A stretch of 64,000 nt of DNA from Glaucostegus cemiculus (taxonomy: Eukaryota), in NCBI GenBank assembly GCA_976551045.1, contig CDPCPM010000056.1, forward strand, positions 29,574,001 through 29,638,000, in the 5' to 3' direction. The notes beneath the pieces are model-generated. The model was not told the origin of the DNA. It ran no database searches and saw nothing but the letters and a program-made list of their open reading frames with translations. Positions 11,915-24,699 of this stretch are shown one piece after another. Numbering within the stretch: the stretch's first letter is position 1; each line of letters starts with the position of its first letter. The position numbers and the translations under genes are program-made.

Positions 11915-13395
11915 AACTCAACTTGTTTAAATGAGCTTGACCTTGTCCTTCCTGTGGGGAAATGGCTTTCTTCCATTTGGTGACTCCCTCATTCCCTTTT
12001 CCAACTATTTTGAAGTTTCATTTTGTCTTAAAATGTTTAAAATAATGCAGCAAAAAGTATTGCATAAATATTTTCCCCATTTCTCTCTTCAGGGGCATGA
12101 CTGACATCCATTAAACATCTATTAATGGAATTTCCAGAATGAGAATCTACCATGTGGGGAACATCATTTTAAAAGCATACTTCGTTGGCACAACTTCAGT
12201 AACACACCTATTATAAACAAATAATCCTTTAGAGCCAACAACAGCTATACTGAAAGAACAAATTAGTAGAGCATTGCATACCCTCAGAGCTACCTCATCG
12301 ACATCACTACTGTTTCTTGCAGGGAGCATTCCGTTGCTGGGCGATAGAGTTCAGTAGAGCTCTTCTCCAATCATGCCATTTTGGAGATTTGTTTCACTCC
12401 ATTACTTTTTATTGGCAGATATTGGTGTTTACTCAGCACCAATTTTCAAAACTCAGCGCACTCCATTCAATGGTAAGAACTATTTTGAACTACAACTTTT
12501 TGTACATGAATTGAAACAAGTTGGTAAGAGTGGTCTCCTTCATTCTACTGACGGAAATACCTACATGCTATCATACATATGAAAATATAAATTGGTTTGA
12601 AGACTATACCTATGAAAAGCAAAAGGCATGGGTTATGGTAATTTGGATATACCTCTTACCTCTGAGGAATACTTTCAAGCATTTTCAGAATGCTGAAGTT
12701 CACCTGCATTGATTTTATTTTTAATTCAGTTGTGGTTTTACATTTAAATCCCAGGGAACAGGATCTAAGTGCATTCCAAATTCTGGAAAAATGTGGATTT
12801 ATTCATCTTTAATTGCTAAAGTTGTAAATGTATGATAATTGGATGCTCCATAGCATTAAGAGCTCAAACGTATCCAGCAGGCAGTCACTTATCCTGAGCA
12901 TTTTGGTAATTTCTTAATTTTAGTAACAAGATGAAAGGAGATTTAGATGGGAAAATGATCTAGCTGAGACATGTGTCATTAATTATTACAACAACCAGAC
13001 ACAGCAAATTATAATAGGCACATATAATGAAGTCATTGAAAGAGGTTTTCAAATATAGCTTGGATAAAAATAGTTGATTAAAAAAAATCACTGAATTGAC
13101 AGAAAACATGGGAGGTAACCAGCTGTTAACAAAATAATTGAATTTTTATTTTATTTTAAATATTTAAAAGTCACCACTATGAATCCTTTCCCTCTTATTC
13201 TATAATCAAACTGGAAAAAAGAACCACCACCTCTCAGTTTTACAGCCCACAATGCACACAAGGATTTTTATTTCCTAGAGTTTTTATTTTCTGTACTAGC
13301 AGTAATTCAAGGCACCACACTACAAGCTACTTGGCCAAGACCCTAGACTCTTTAGTAGGAGCTACAGGGAAGGGCTCTCAGCGGCCGTGCCTCAC

Positions 13396-13524
13396 CTCTG
13401 GGTGCTGTAATCACAGGCCGATGATGATGTGTAAATGCCGTTCGAGGGGAGGTGGTCTGCGAAGGCGTGGGACTGCTGAAACCAGACTTCTCTGACTTCT
13501 TTAATGTAGTAGGCGATGGCATTC
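13396..13524 (-). CDS. NFIA: NFIA internal coding exon (human exon 7 equivalent), 129 nt, symmetric phase 1-1
   Basis: Minus strand reads cattcttgccag|GAATGCCATCG...GCACCCAGAG|gtgagg. It translates as (G)[42 protein letters not shown], matching [47 protein letters not shown]. Confidence 0.97.
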
Positions 13525-13581
13525 CTGGCAAGAATGATTGATAAGTGCAATTTTAATAATGCTAGGTCATGAAACGACAGC
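13525..13581 (-). other. NFIA: Candidate 57-nt 5' extension of NFIA exon 7 from an upstream alternative acceptor; contains an in-frame TAG
   Basis: Minus strand ttgcacag|GC TGT CGT TTC ATG ACC TAG. Spliced after exon 6 this reads G-C-R-F-M-T-stop (stop at 13562-13564). Confidence 0.55.
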
Positions 13582-13700
13582 CTGTGCAATGTGGAGGGGG
13601 AGGGAAAGGGGTGCAAAAGCAGCATGAATGGGGGAAGAGAGAAGAGGGGGAAAAGGGAAGAGATTGCAGACAGAAAGAGTTAAGCAGCGCAAAAAGCATT
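13582..13700 (-). promoter_or_regulatory. Long polypyrimidine tract and AG-exclusion zone with a distant branch-point motif
   Basis: No AG on the minus strand between 13584 and 13700 (117 nt). GCTTAAC at 13685-13679 is followed by a CU-rich tract ending in CAG at 13584-13582. Confidence 0.6.
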
Positions 13701-14249
13701 CTGCATCATTCACGTTCTATGGTGCCTCAGCATGTTTACTTAGCAACTTCAAACAACATTCCTTGTCAGGTTAATAATAGAGAAAAGAGTATGCATGCAA
13801 GAAAATGCTTTCAAGGATGAGCTACATTCATAAACCATGCTCCTGTATCTAAACTAAACCTGCAAATGAATTCCGTTGGATTTTGAGACCGAAAATGCCA
13901 GAAGTGTCAAACTTCCACTTGCTTCAAAGGATTCATAGAACATTTACTTAACACCATAATCAAGGATACTGAACAGCCATCTGGGAAACACTCAAAATAC
14001 TCTATCAGGGAGTTGGCCTCATAAACCATGATTGGCAGGCTACAATTTGGTAACAGAAGTCAGGTCAGAAGTGAAACGGCTTTTGTGCCCTGTGCATGAA
14101 TGTGCAATATACTAATTAGCCCAGATAAGTATCAAGAAATACTAGTTTTCTGGATATGTTTGAATTTTTTTTCTTAAAACTGTTTTTATTTTGTGGGCAG
14201 TTACTTTTGAGGAAGTAAAGGGTTACCCATATCCAACTGTGCTGGGTAA

Positions 14250-14600
14250 TGTAATCATACACACAACAATGTTATGGCACACTGTTAAGCTTCAAATATC
14301 CTCAAGACAGACATACTCTGCCGGTTTGATATGTTGCTAAGATGCCAGGGTCCCTGAGTCACACCATTTCTATGGAGTGTTGTTATGCATTACATATCAC
14401 CAAGCCAGACGCAATCTGTTGTTGTGATGTGTTACTAGGCTCCAAGTAGCCCCACGTGAGACACTACACTGTTGATGTGACATGTTGCTAGGATCCATGT
14501 AATATCAAGCCAAACACATTGTACTGCTATAGCCAAACACAAGAAGCCCAATGATCCCTTATCAGACACTCACTGATGCTGTGACAAAGCTCTAGTTAGT
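14250..14600. repeat. Degenerate ~53-bp minisatellite, about 6-7 units
   Basis: Units start near 14302, 14355, 14401, 14453, 14506 and 14559. Approximate consensus caagccagacacactctgttgatgtgacatgttgctaggatccatgtaatat. Confidence 0.65.
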
Positions 14601-16369
14601 ATTTTCTGCATTTTCATTAGACATTATTTGACTGATTCACTGGGATACCCTTATGGTATAGAAACAACCTATACAACAATAAGTAGATAATAAAGCTAGA
14701 TTAAACTCTTCTTTGCTGTTTTCAGTAATAGTCCAACTTTCATCCTTTCAGAGGATTAAAACAGACATCTCACATCACTTTTCAAATCTCTCTTTGTTTC
14801 AGTATAATCCATAAACAATTAAAAATTTGTAAAACAAAAATTACTTGATTGCACATCTGTAGACTTCTGCTGTGTGACCTTTGAGTTTGTGAGGTCACTA
14901 AAGAAATATGTTTCCAGATCTGAAAGAAACAAGCAGCACAGAGGAATGGAGCAAATTTATATATAGATAAATATATATAATATGATAAATGTGCTTTAAA
15001 TAACATCTTTAAGAGGAGTTTGACACTTTGGCATCTTGTGTGTTTATTAACCTTTTATCCAATTAAAGAACAAGTCATGCAACACATCCACTGCTGACTG
15101 CCTTTTTAGATGTGTTTAATTTAGATTTAGAACATAATTGGTCACCAATATTCACACAGCAGTGAAAAGGTGACAGAGTTAAGGTTTTTTTTGTACAGTT
15201 GAACTTTACCTAACCTCAAATTCCATGGCATTAAAAATACTTTAAATGTTTTAGGTGCAGACCAAATGGTCTGAAGGTAGCAAAGTGCAGGGATTTCTAT
15301 CAGTCAGAGCAGTGTCATACCACTTCCTGATGATGTTAATATCAGATCAGTTCAACAATAAAACAAACAACTTTGAAAGGTATTTACCTACGGTCACACA
15401 GAAGAAATCATCTGAAGTTTTAAACACTGCAACAAATTACAATCCTTTACAAATAGTAATATGCAGCTTGGTTGAACTAATTTATGATTCAGTCCTTTAT
15501 TACTGCAGCTTGTAGAATTCCCTTAAACACTTAATTATGCAAATGACAAGGTATTAATAATTGGCTTTTGAAAAGTGTCTGAACTTATTAAGTAATGAGA
15601 CAGATATTTTTTCTCCAAATATGTGCAGTTATCTTTTAGAAATGCCAAATGAAAGCTATTTATGCAAAATACAAATGTAAGATTGCATTTTGTTACAGAA
15701 TGTAAACCAGAATATAAGGGAAAGTTTCTTTCCATAAATAAATATACAAGAGGAAAATAGCATAGAGGTAAATCAATTTTTATTATGATTAATGCTCAGT
15801 TCCAAGATTATTATATCTTACAGATAATTGACAGTAAGTATTATAAAAGTCTGCTGCCATATTCTGTGCAAGTCATTTCCCAGTAAAAGATAAGCATAAA
15901 CAGAAGGATAAAAGGAAATGATTCTCTTCTTCCTTAAGGGCTAAGCATATGTGGCCTTTTGAGATTCTGTTCTCTTTATCTGTTATCCTAATAGCTGTTC
16001 AATTCAATACTTGAAGATATTTGCAAAGATTGAACAGAGTGAAAAATAAATAAATGACATTATTTTGATTATTTTAATTAAAATATGTTTGCTTCATAGA
16101 ATTTAAAAGATTTGCAGCCAACCTGTACTCATCTCAACAAGTCTCTTTTGTTGCCAACAGCTTTGGAAAACTGCACAACTATGTACATTAAGGACAACAA
16201 AATTACGTATCACCAAATCCATACTCATACCTATTGGCAGACCTGAAATTGCAACAGCTCAAAATTTACTTATATAGGTTCAGAGGTAATTATTCAAATA
16301 TACAGCATATTATAACAAGAACTTATATTGATATAAATGTCTTCAACATGTTAAATCCACCCAAAGCAA

Positions 16370-16560
16370 GTTAAAAGAGCTTTTAATCGAAATTTTATAC
16401 TTAGCCATAAATAGAGCTATTAGGGGCGATAACTAAGGACTTGATTAAAGAAAAGTAGGTCTTAAGAAACATTTTGTAAATGAAAAGAGAAGAACTTTCT
16501 AACTTTAGGACCAAAGCAGCTGAAATCACAGCTACCAATGGTAAATTTGGGGATGTACAG
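16370..16560 (-). mobile_element. L2-type LINE 3' fragment
   Basis: Similar to 18870-19105 and 53190-53582 (..taactaaggacttgattaaag..gtaggtcttaag..gcagctgaa..ccaatggt). Confidence 0.55.
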
Positions 16561-17259
16561 AAATTGCACTGAGAACTCAAAGGCTTGCTGCCCAGTCAAT
16601 CACATACGCTTCATATCCAAGTCCAAGCCTTTGCATTCTCCAATGTCATGCATCAACAATTTCAAAAATCATCAAAATCATGGGGAAGAACCTTGTAAAT
16701 TTATTTCTCTTCAACAAAGGGTTTTCAGGCCACTGAATCCCTTCTTATGCCACATAACTCAACATAGCCTGGGCATTGAATTGTGTGGTTTGTCAGACTC
16801 AGTTGCACAACAGATGAGCAAATTGTGCTATGAAGAAAATTAGTGCTCATTTTCACTTTGGAAGCTACAATATTATCATACATGCTTCCTTTGGTCAACA
16901 TTCTTACCATAATGGCTGTGCAGGAGAAATGAAACTCACGTAAACTAAACTTTTTAGAAGGAGGCAAAAGAAAAACCAATTCAATTATACAACACATTAA
17001 TATTATACCTTTGCTGAGGATACTGCAAGCTTATATACAGTAGTAATCTAGTAATGCTTCTGGATTCCTGCCTACATGTTTGCTGAAAATGTTATTGGCT
17101 TAGCCTTTCTGCTAAATTGATATCAAATGATGTTCTTTGCAACTATTTATTTCAAATGCTGAACTATTAGTCAGTAAAGAAGTACAAAGGAGCTTAATTG
17201 GTACAACAAGTGAAGCAGAAACAACTTGAAGGAAACACCTTTGAGTGATAATAACAACG

Positions 17260-18840
17260 TACAAACATACAAATTGGGAGCAGGAGTAAGCCACTCAACC
17301 CTTCTACCTTGCTCTGTCATTTAATAACATGGCTGATTTGGTTTTAATCTTAACTCTGCATACCTATCTATCCATGGCAACCTTTCACTTCCTTATTTAA
17401 GGAAGGATGTTAATGCAGTAGAAACAGTTCAGAAAAGAATTACTAGATACCTAGAATCAGTGGGTTGTCTTATGCTATAGCAAGCCATTTCTTAAAAATA
17501 TTGAAAGATCCTGTTTCCACCACCTTTTGAGGAAGAGAGTTCCAAAGAATTGTGATCCTCTGACAGAAGAAAAAAGTCACCTAATTTCTGTCTTAAATGG
17601 GTGAGGTCTCATTTTTAAGGTGTGACCCCTAGTTCTAGATTCTCCAACAAGAGGAAAACATCTTCTTCACATCCATTCTGTCAAAACCCTCAGGATCTCA
17701 TATGTTTCAATAAAATCCCCTCTTGCTCTTCTAAACTTCAACAGCAACATACCCAGACTATCCAAACTTCCACATCAGATAAATGAACCATCCATATATG
17801 TCCAGTAATCCTTCTCTAAACCTCTTTCAATGCATTAACATCATTCCTTAAATAAAGATCAATATCACACAGTATTCTTGATGTGGTCTCACCAATGCCC
17901 TATACAAATGAAAACATAGCCTCCCTACTTTTGCATTTAATTCCTCCTGTAATAAACAATAGCATTGTTTACTTTCCTAATTGATGGCTAAACGTGCACA
18001 TTAACCTATAGCAAGTCATGCCCCAAGACACTCAAATCTCTCAGCAAAGCTCTGCAATCTTTCACCATTTAGATAATATGCTTCTTTTTCACAATTCCAT
18101 ATTTTCCCAATACCCTATTTGCCAGATCTTTGCCAACTTTTCTAGTTTATCTGTATTCCCATGGAGCCTCCTCTTAGACTCTTCACAACCTACTTTCCAA
18201 TCTATCAGTCATCAGGAAATTTCAGAAACTATACCTTTGATGCCTTCATTCAAGTCATTTATATCAATTGTAAAATGTTTTGGACCCAGCACTGAACCCC
18301 CTTGGCACAGCATCTGTTACATTTTGCAAACCAGAAAAAGCATTTTATGCCTATTCTCTCTTTTCCATTTTCTGTTTGCCAGGTAAACTTTTATTCACAA
18401 CTAAAAATTAACTCCTAATGATGTTTTATTTTCTGCAATGTCCTTTTATGCAAGAACTTATCAAATAAGATCTGGAGAATGAAGCATGGTACATCCACCA
18501 ATTCCCCTTTATCCACAGCACATATTACTTATTCAAAGGTCTCCAATGAATTGGTCAAACACATGTTGACTTTGTCCAAGTGCCATGCTATAACATATTT
18601 AATGGAAGCTTCTAACATATTCCTTAACATAGATATTCAGCTAATTGGCTTGACATTTTTTTGTTTCCCCTCAGTTTTGATTAAAATATTTTCTACTTTC
18701 CAATCTAATGGAACCATCCTCAAATCTAGGGAATTTTGGAAAATTAAAATAATGCATCAACTATCTCACTAGTAACTCCTTTTAAGATCATAGGATGACG
18801 TTTATCGGGGCCTAGAGACTCGTCAGCCCACAGTTCCAAT
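17260..18840 (-). mobile_element. CR1 LINE relic (RT to 3' UTR)
   Basis: 3' end acaaacatacaaattgggagcaggagta; gtgacccctagttctaga (reverse complement SRTRGH); ggacccagcactgaaccccttggcac (reverse complement VPRGSVLGP). Confidence 0.88.
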
Positions 18841-18869
18841 GCAAACATGAATTTATGAATTTTAATCAA

Positions 18870-19105
18870 ATACCCTAAGGCACTCACAGGGATGTTGTCG
18901 ATTAAATTTTTACACTAAGCCAAAACAAGGAGATATTGGCAAGATGACTAAATGCTTGGTAAAAGATTGAAGTATAAATAATCACCTTAAAAGGGAGAAA
19001 GAGAGATAGCCTTGTTGAAATGTTTTCGAGAGGGAATTCCAGGGCTAGAGGTATGGCAACAGAGACATAGTCATCAACAATAGGGCATTTAAATTCAAGG
19101 AGGAA
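18870..19105 (-). mobile_element. L2-type LINE 3' fragment
   Basis: aaggagatattggcaagatgactaaatgcttggtaaaag..gagagggaattccagggctag; homologous to the two other copies in this window. Confidence 0.65.
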
Positions 19106-20084
19106 CATCTAACTAAAAACTTATTCTTCACAATTCAGGGTATATCTAAGGTCACAGAATATTTATTGGTTACAGAACTATTAATGATCATGGGAACTAC
19201 AAGACTAGGCTTTAGCATTTTGCAGATAGAGGGTCATACTTCTGAGGTCCGAGGAAAGAATATGATGAAATGAAGATTTAACACTGAGGATGTATGGAAG
19301 GGAAATGTAGTTAAACATGACAAGAAGCTAAAAATATCCTTTGCAGGGATGCAATAGATTACGGAATGATCAGAAAAAACTGTCAACAAATCTTTGACAG
19401 CAAGCTGGTCTGGAAATTTAAGTTAATAAGAGTGACATTTTCTGATTTTTACTTCTGAAAATGTGCATCTAACCAGAGATTAGGAAGGCTCTTGGTTCAG
19501 GCTGTTCCTTACAGGAAACAAAATCTGAATAGTTGACAACATGCATAGAAAGGATGTTATATAAATGCTCAAGCTTGTGTTTGTTCAACATCTGCACACA
19601 GAGACTAATTGTCACAATAGCATTGCAAACCATGTTGGAAATTTGCTGCAAGTGGGTTGAATGTTGAGCAACAAAAAGGAAACAAAAATGCAGCTACTCA
19701 GCTGGTTAAACAGCTTGAAACTGCAGCCATGAAATGCAATGACAACCTCACTGCTAAAGCTGAACAAGATAAAACTGAAGAAAATAATTCTGACAGGCTC
19801 CTCTGAGAGGAACCAATGGTACTAAGAGTTTCTGCTTTCTATATATCCAGCAAAAGTGGCATTTATTTATATAAAAAAACCATGATAAATAACTTAACTC
19901 ACTGATATTTAAAGAAGATATCTTAAAACTGACCCACCTCAGGGAAATGGTGTAACCCACGCCAATATGATGCAAGTTCCTCCTTTCATTCTCAGTAAAG
20001 ATCTCAAATGGGCAGTTTATTTCAATCCTCAAGATGTAAATTTAATGGGATATAAAACCACCCAGTGCTCTGTTTTGTGACCTT

Positions 20085-20405
20085 CAGGGGCATGAGATTA
20101 AATCCCAACCTGAATCTGACCCAATCTTGTCAACCCAAATCCAAAGCAAGCCCAGGAACAGAATGTTTTTGATACCTGATCTGAATTCAAATCCAATGCA
20201 TATTGTTGGATCCTGGTAGGATTGGGATAGGTAACCAGGCACCGGTTGAAGTACAGAGTCTTGCAGCATTTATCTATAAAGAGCTGGCCTGGCCTGACCT
20301 GACATAAAAAGAGACAAGTCATACGACTTCAGTTGGTTTGATACCTGACCCAACCCATGTTGTCAAGTTCCATTGGGTCTGGGTCAGGTTGCCGGGCTCC
20401 AGCTC
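20085..20405. mobile_element. CpG-decayed element built from ACCCG-type sub-repeats and two duplicated hairpin units; probably DNA-transposon derived
   Basis: Recurrent acctga/acccaa on one side and tgggt/caggt on the other. Units ~20165-20243 and ~20336-20400 both begin gttt(tt)gatacctga and end ggt.(a/g)cc(a/g)ggc.cc. Confidence 0.55.
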
Positions 20406-20440
20406 CACTGATATTCCTGTTTAGACAATTACAATAAGCC

Positions 20441-20560
20441 AAAGACAAAATACTGTAGCTGCTGGAAATCTGAAACAGAACTGAAAGTACTCAGTAGGTC
20501 AGGCAGTATTCTCTCTACCCTGATGCTGACAGACCTGCTGCATATATCCAGTGTTATATC
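20441..20560. mobile_element. Internally deleted, old copy of the Penelope-derived palindromic family
   Basis: actgtagctgctggaaatctgaaa..actcagtaggtcaggcagtat followed by the inverted gatgctgacagacctgctg. Confidence 0.6.
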
Positions 20561-22186
20561 AGGTGACAATAAGATGTTGAGTCCAGAATAATTTGTCATT
20601 GTGGGCTTGTGCATTCTGTGACAGGTCTAACCTGGTGCAGGGCAGATTCCCCAGTGTAAATGCTAAGGAATACCTGAAAGAGGGGCTCTTCCGGAAGGAG
20701 TCTAGTGGTAAAACACAGACAGGAATTATTTGATGGACCTCCACTGAACAAATTTGGGATTTCCAGCTACCTATATGCAGACATTCTCGACCTATTGGTA
20801 TTTACCAGCAAAATCTGGACCAATGTGTTAGACATCCAAAATGGGCAAACCAAACTCAGCAGTATCATGGTCAATGATGGAGGGATATCTGTTTGCTGCA
20901 TTAAAGGATCTGTGTGAGTAAGCAATGGAAAGTTCCTATTGCTTACTCACTCAGCTCTAATAAAATATAGAAAGTTATAAGTTTGAAAGCTACAATTCCT
21001 TTGCCTCCAAGCTGGCAGTTTTATGAAAATTTACTTTCTGTCACTGCACTTGTTGATTCTTGCAGTAAAAATTATATTTATTGCTGCTGCTCAGGGATTT
21101 TCATGCTGGGCATGAGGAATATCATAAATGGAGTACACAACAGACATCTAACTCAGTGAATAAGTATGACCAGATGTTATTTTCCCAAATGAACATTCAA
21201 CATCTACAATAACTTCATTTGTTTAAAATTCAATCTCTTAAAAATTAAAACTGGAAAATGGCAGGAGTTTGCTAAGGTCTGAAGAAAACCTGTTAACTCA
21301 ATTTCTCCACAATCTACTGATTTCTCGAGCTCAAATTCCTGAACAAATTGTGGAATGTGATAAATGCCAACTCACAATTCTCCAACCATTTTCTCATATT
21401 ACATTCTTCACTGCCATCACTGTTCACTTAATTAATAAGGAAACAGAAGAATACACAACTTGTATTGCTTTAAATTTTACCTTTTATTTTGCAGTCATTT
21501 TCAAACTCAAAGTGGTATTGAACTTGCTCATTGATAGCACAGAAGTTATATTGTTAGTGTCCTATGGTAACACAACTGTAGACAAACTGCAACTGTGCAG
21601 AATTAAGCCATGATCTTTTGGTTTGTCTGTTGCAATATTTTGATCGTGTCTGCTTCTTTGATTTGAAGGCATCTCCAAATCCCTGATGTGTTGAGGCTTT
21701 GGATAGTGCTGTGCTTCCCAGTAATTTACTGGCATGAAAATGGGACTTGGAACAGAATTACTGCCAGGTGAAAGCAGCAGGGAGAAGTTCAGCACCACTG
21801 TAGATTCAGTAAATCAGTGGATTTATACCTTAATATTTTACTTACTGAGAAGGATCTTCCACAGTTTTTATACTGTGGGTGATTTCTGAAACACCACCAT
21901 GACTGAGGTAGAATTTATTTTTCACACCGAGATGTAATTTATTCGTTTCCCACCACAAATATATTTTAAAAAATCAAACACATACCATCTTTCAAATTAA
22001 CAATAACCTTTCTTGGTTACAATGTTAGCAGGTGGCCAGAACAGAAATTTAGGAAGCCTGTGCTAAAGATGCAGAAAACCCATTAAGTACACACAAAAAA
22101 TACACAATGCAACTGGAATCTCTAAGCAGTTCTCCAGCAGTACAGCTTGCTTGAAATGTACAGTGTAGGGGCCCTATTAAATAAAA

Positions 22187-22348
22187 GCAAAAAACAAACT
22201 TCTGGAAGAACTCAGCAGGTCAAGCAGCATTTGTAGAGGTAAAGGCACAACATCTCTTTGCTCCATAGATTTTGCCGGACCACTGAGTTCTTCGAGTAGT
22301 TTGCTTTTTTTTTGCTCCAGATTCCAGCAACTGCAGTCTGTTGTGTCT
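22187..22348. mobile_element. Penelope-derived palindromic element (hammerhead centre deleted) with an imperfect 14-bp TSD
   Basis: Inverted arms ctggaagaactcagcaggtcaagcagcat / gattttgccggaccactgagttcttc. TSD CCTATTAAATAAAA (22173-22186) vs CCAATTATATAAAA (22349-22362). Confidence 0.8.
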
Positions 22349-22694
22349 CCAATTATATAAAAAATATTCTCATGTGATTCTTCCTGTCCTCCCCTCATAA
22401 GACCCTTGCCCACTCTTCAAAAGCTAAAAAAAAAATGCAGGGCTGCATCATAAAATTCAGAAAAATCAAGGAAGCTTTATAGTAGCATCAGATTTCACTT
22501 AGAATATTGTGGTCTATTAGGAGTTTCCACATTTGGATGGAATCATTGACCAGCATGGTCTGAGAAATGGAGTGACTAATCCAGGATTTTAAGCAGGATG
22601 CATCTGGAGAATAAGAATTGTAAGGGTAATTTGGGCATTAGAAATAAGGAAGTGAATTGGCATGAGTGGATTATAGCACTTCCGCTGTACCATC

Positions 22695-23243
22695 TATGTT
22701 GTTTGTGCAAAATCCTCCAAATTCACTGGCAGATAAGTGGACTACTGTAAGTATCCTCTGCAAGGGCAATATCCTCAGCTTCAAGACCCTAAACTCAGTC
22801 AGATTTGATGGGCAGGTCAGTTGTTTGTATGCCTTACACCTGGCACCTGACACAGATAGTCTCTTCTTAGCTCTAATAAATGGCAAAGACCACCAGACAA
22901 ACAGAGGAAATGAGTCAAGAATGCTCTTAAAGCCTCCTTGAAAACAGGCAAAATCCTCACTGACTCCTAGGAATACCCGGGCAATGACTGCACAAAGGAG
23001 CAACGTTTAGGAATGGATTGAGAACCTCGTCCATTCACTGAGAGCTCACTGAAGCCCAATGTAAATGGGAGAAAGACTGCACCATCTCCCAAACTAGTCA
23101 TTCGCTCAGCCTGTCAACCACCTGCTGTGCCAGAGTCTGCAGGTACCACTTTGATCTCTTCAGATACATCAGAACCCACAACCGCAAACCTCCCCCCAGG
23201 ACTGGGAAGTTATCCTTGACTACGAGGAACTCTTAAGAACAGA
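22695..23243 (+). mobile_element. RTE LINE 3' fragment
   Basis: Homologous to the reverse complement of 1565-2050. Ends with a decayed zinc-knuckle region (agagtctgcagg..atcagaacccac) and the tail tatccttgactacgaggaactcttaagaac. Confidence 0.75.
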
Positions 23244-24699
23244 GATGATATTCCAATGTCCATTTCATTTCCCTCCAACATCCAGAATCATTTTCCTTTA
23301 TGTAAGGTACAAGCCCAACTAGTAGAACATTTGCCCATTAACTGATCAGGTTTTACAAAAACTTTTTAAATGGTATGCATGGTCAAAACCTACCTTGATA
23401 TCAAGGACAATTATTCTCACTGCACTCTGGAATTTAGCTCTTTGATCAATGTTGGAAACAGAAAGATGAATTGGCATCAGAATTTGGCATTCAGCAAAGT
23501 CCCAAGATTGTGGTCGCCTGGAGATATCAGGCTAGTGTGAGCCATGATACTTGTTCTGATAAATGTTCAGACAATCCCTTTCAATTGTCAGGTTTCTTTT
23601 CCAAAGAAAACATCATAGTTATAAAAACCAAAGTTAACTTGGGCACTCGGTTACACGCTGATAACTAGCCAAACAATAATGAACCCCATTAAGCATTTCA
23701 ATGGATGGCAACCAAGTCCCAAGTGTTCTCCAGCAGAAGATTAAATGAGTTAACTAGGCAAAGAATGAATTTTGAATGATTACACAAATAAGCTGTGTAA
23801 TCCCAGCCAGCACTTCTGCTGAAAGAGGCAGATGACAGGGACATTCATCAAAATAGTTTCATAAACAAAAAAATGATTTATCTGAATACCAGATCACTGA
23901 ATAAAAGTATTTTTATATAGTGGTAAATTATTTGGCAGAATTACTGTCTCCAGGAATCATTTTATTTACAATAATATTTGATGCAGTTAAAGGGAAAAAA
24001 ATCTGATATTTTGTGGGAATCTTCAATTAAGTCTTAGCAGTTTTGCACACATTCATCAGGTCTGCTGCTTACATTTATAAGGGGGGCAATTTTCATTTAG
24101 GCGGAAAGCTGCCTAATACCTAGAACAAAAAGTAATATCATTAATACTCCAGCCTTCCAGAATGAGCTGAGCTGCAAACCTGAATGATGAACTCCTGCAA
24201 TGGTTTTGTCGGCTGAAATCAAATTGAAGCTGTGTCAGCATTTTCTCTCCAGACCTTATTACTGTACAGCAGTGATTTTTTTCCCTCTACTAAGTCTTCT
24301 AACTCAACAGACAAATCAACTTGTCCTCAACCTGTCATTCACCCAGCTGAATTCTTAGTCTTTTTTTTCCCATCTGTGATTGGCAGCACTTAGTAAAATA
24401 AAAATGTTCCACCTATTCACTGCTCCCTGTAATAAGCCGCCACGGTAAATGACACAATGCAATTAGTCAAAGAGCTTGATTAGGAAACCTGATTAGATCT
24501 GTGTGCTCATCACAATCCCAGTTCAGCAACCCATGCTTGGTGGGAGGTATGTACCAAACCAAAGGTTTGGTAACTCTTCCAAATATTTGTCTGAGATGTG
24601 GTGACTTATTTGAGGTAACCAGTTGTCATATTTATGACTGAAATGTAACTGACTACATTAATTTCTGACACAATTGAGTATTAAATTTAGTTCAAGAGG

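Noticed and set aside
1-13395. NFIA exon 8 (ASPHATPSTLHFP..)
   Set aside because: Searched by eye and not found; it presumably lies left of the window. Exon 4 was likewise not seen in 61739-64000.
13392-13625. 77-aa minus-strand ORF in the track
   Set aside because: It is an off-frame reading of NFIA exon 7 and its pyrimidine tract.
14250-14600. Regularly spaced repeats as a possible CRISPR array
   Set aside because: Vertebrate intron, whole units are degenerate, and there are no unique spacers or cas genes.
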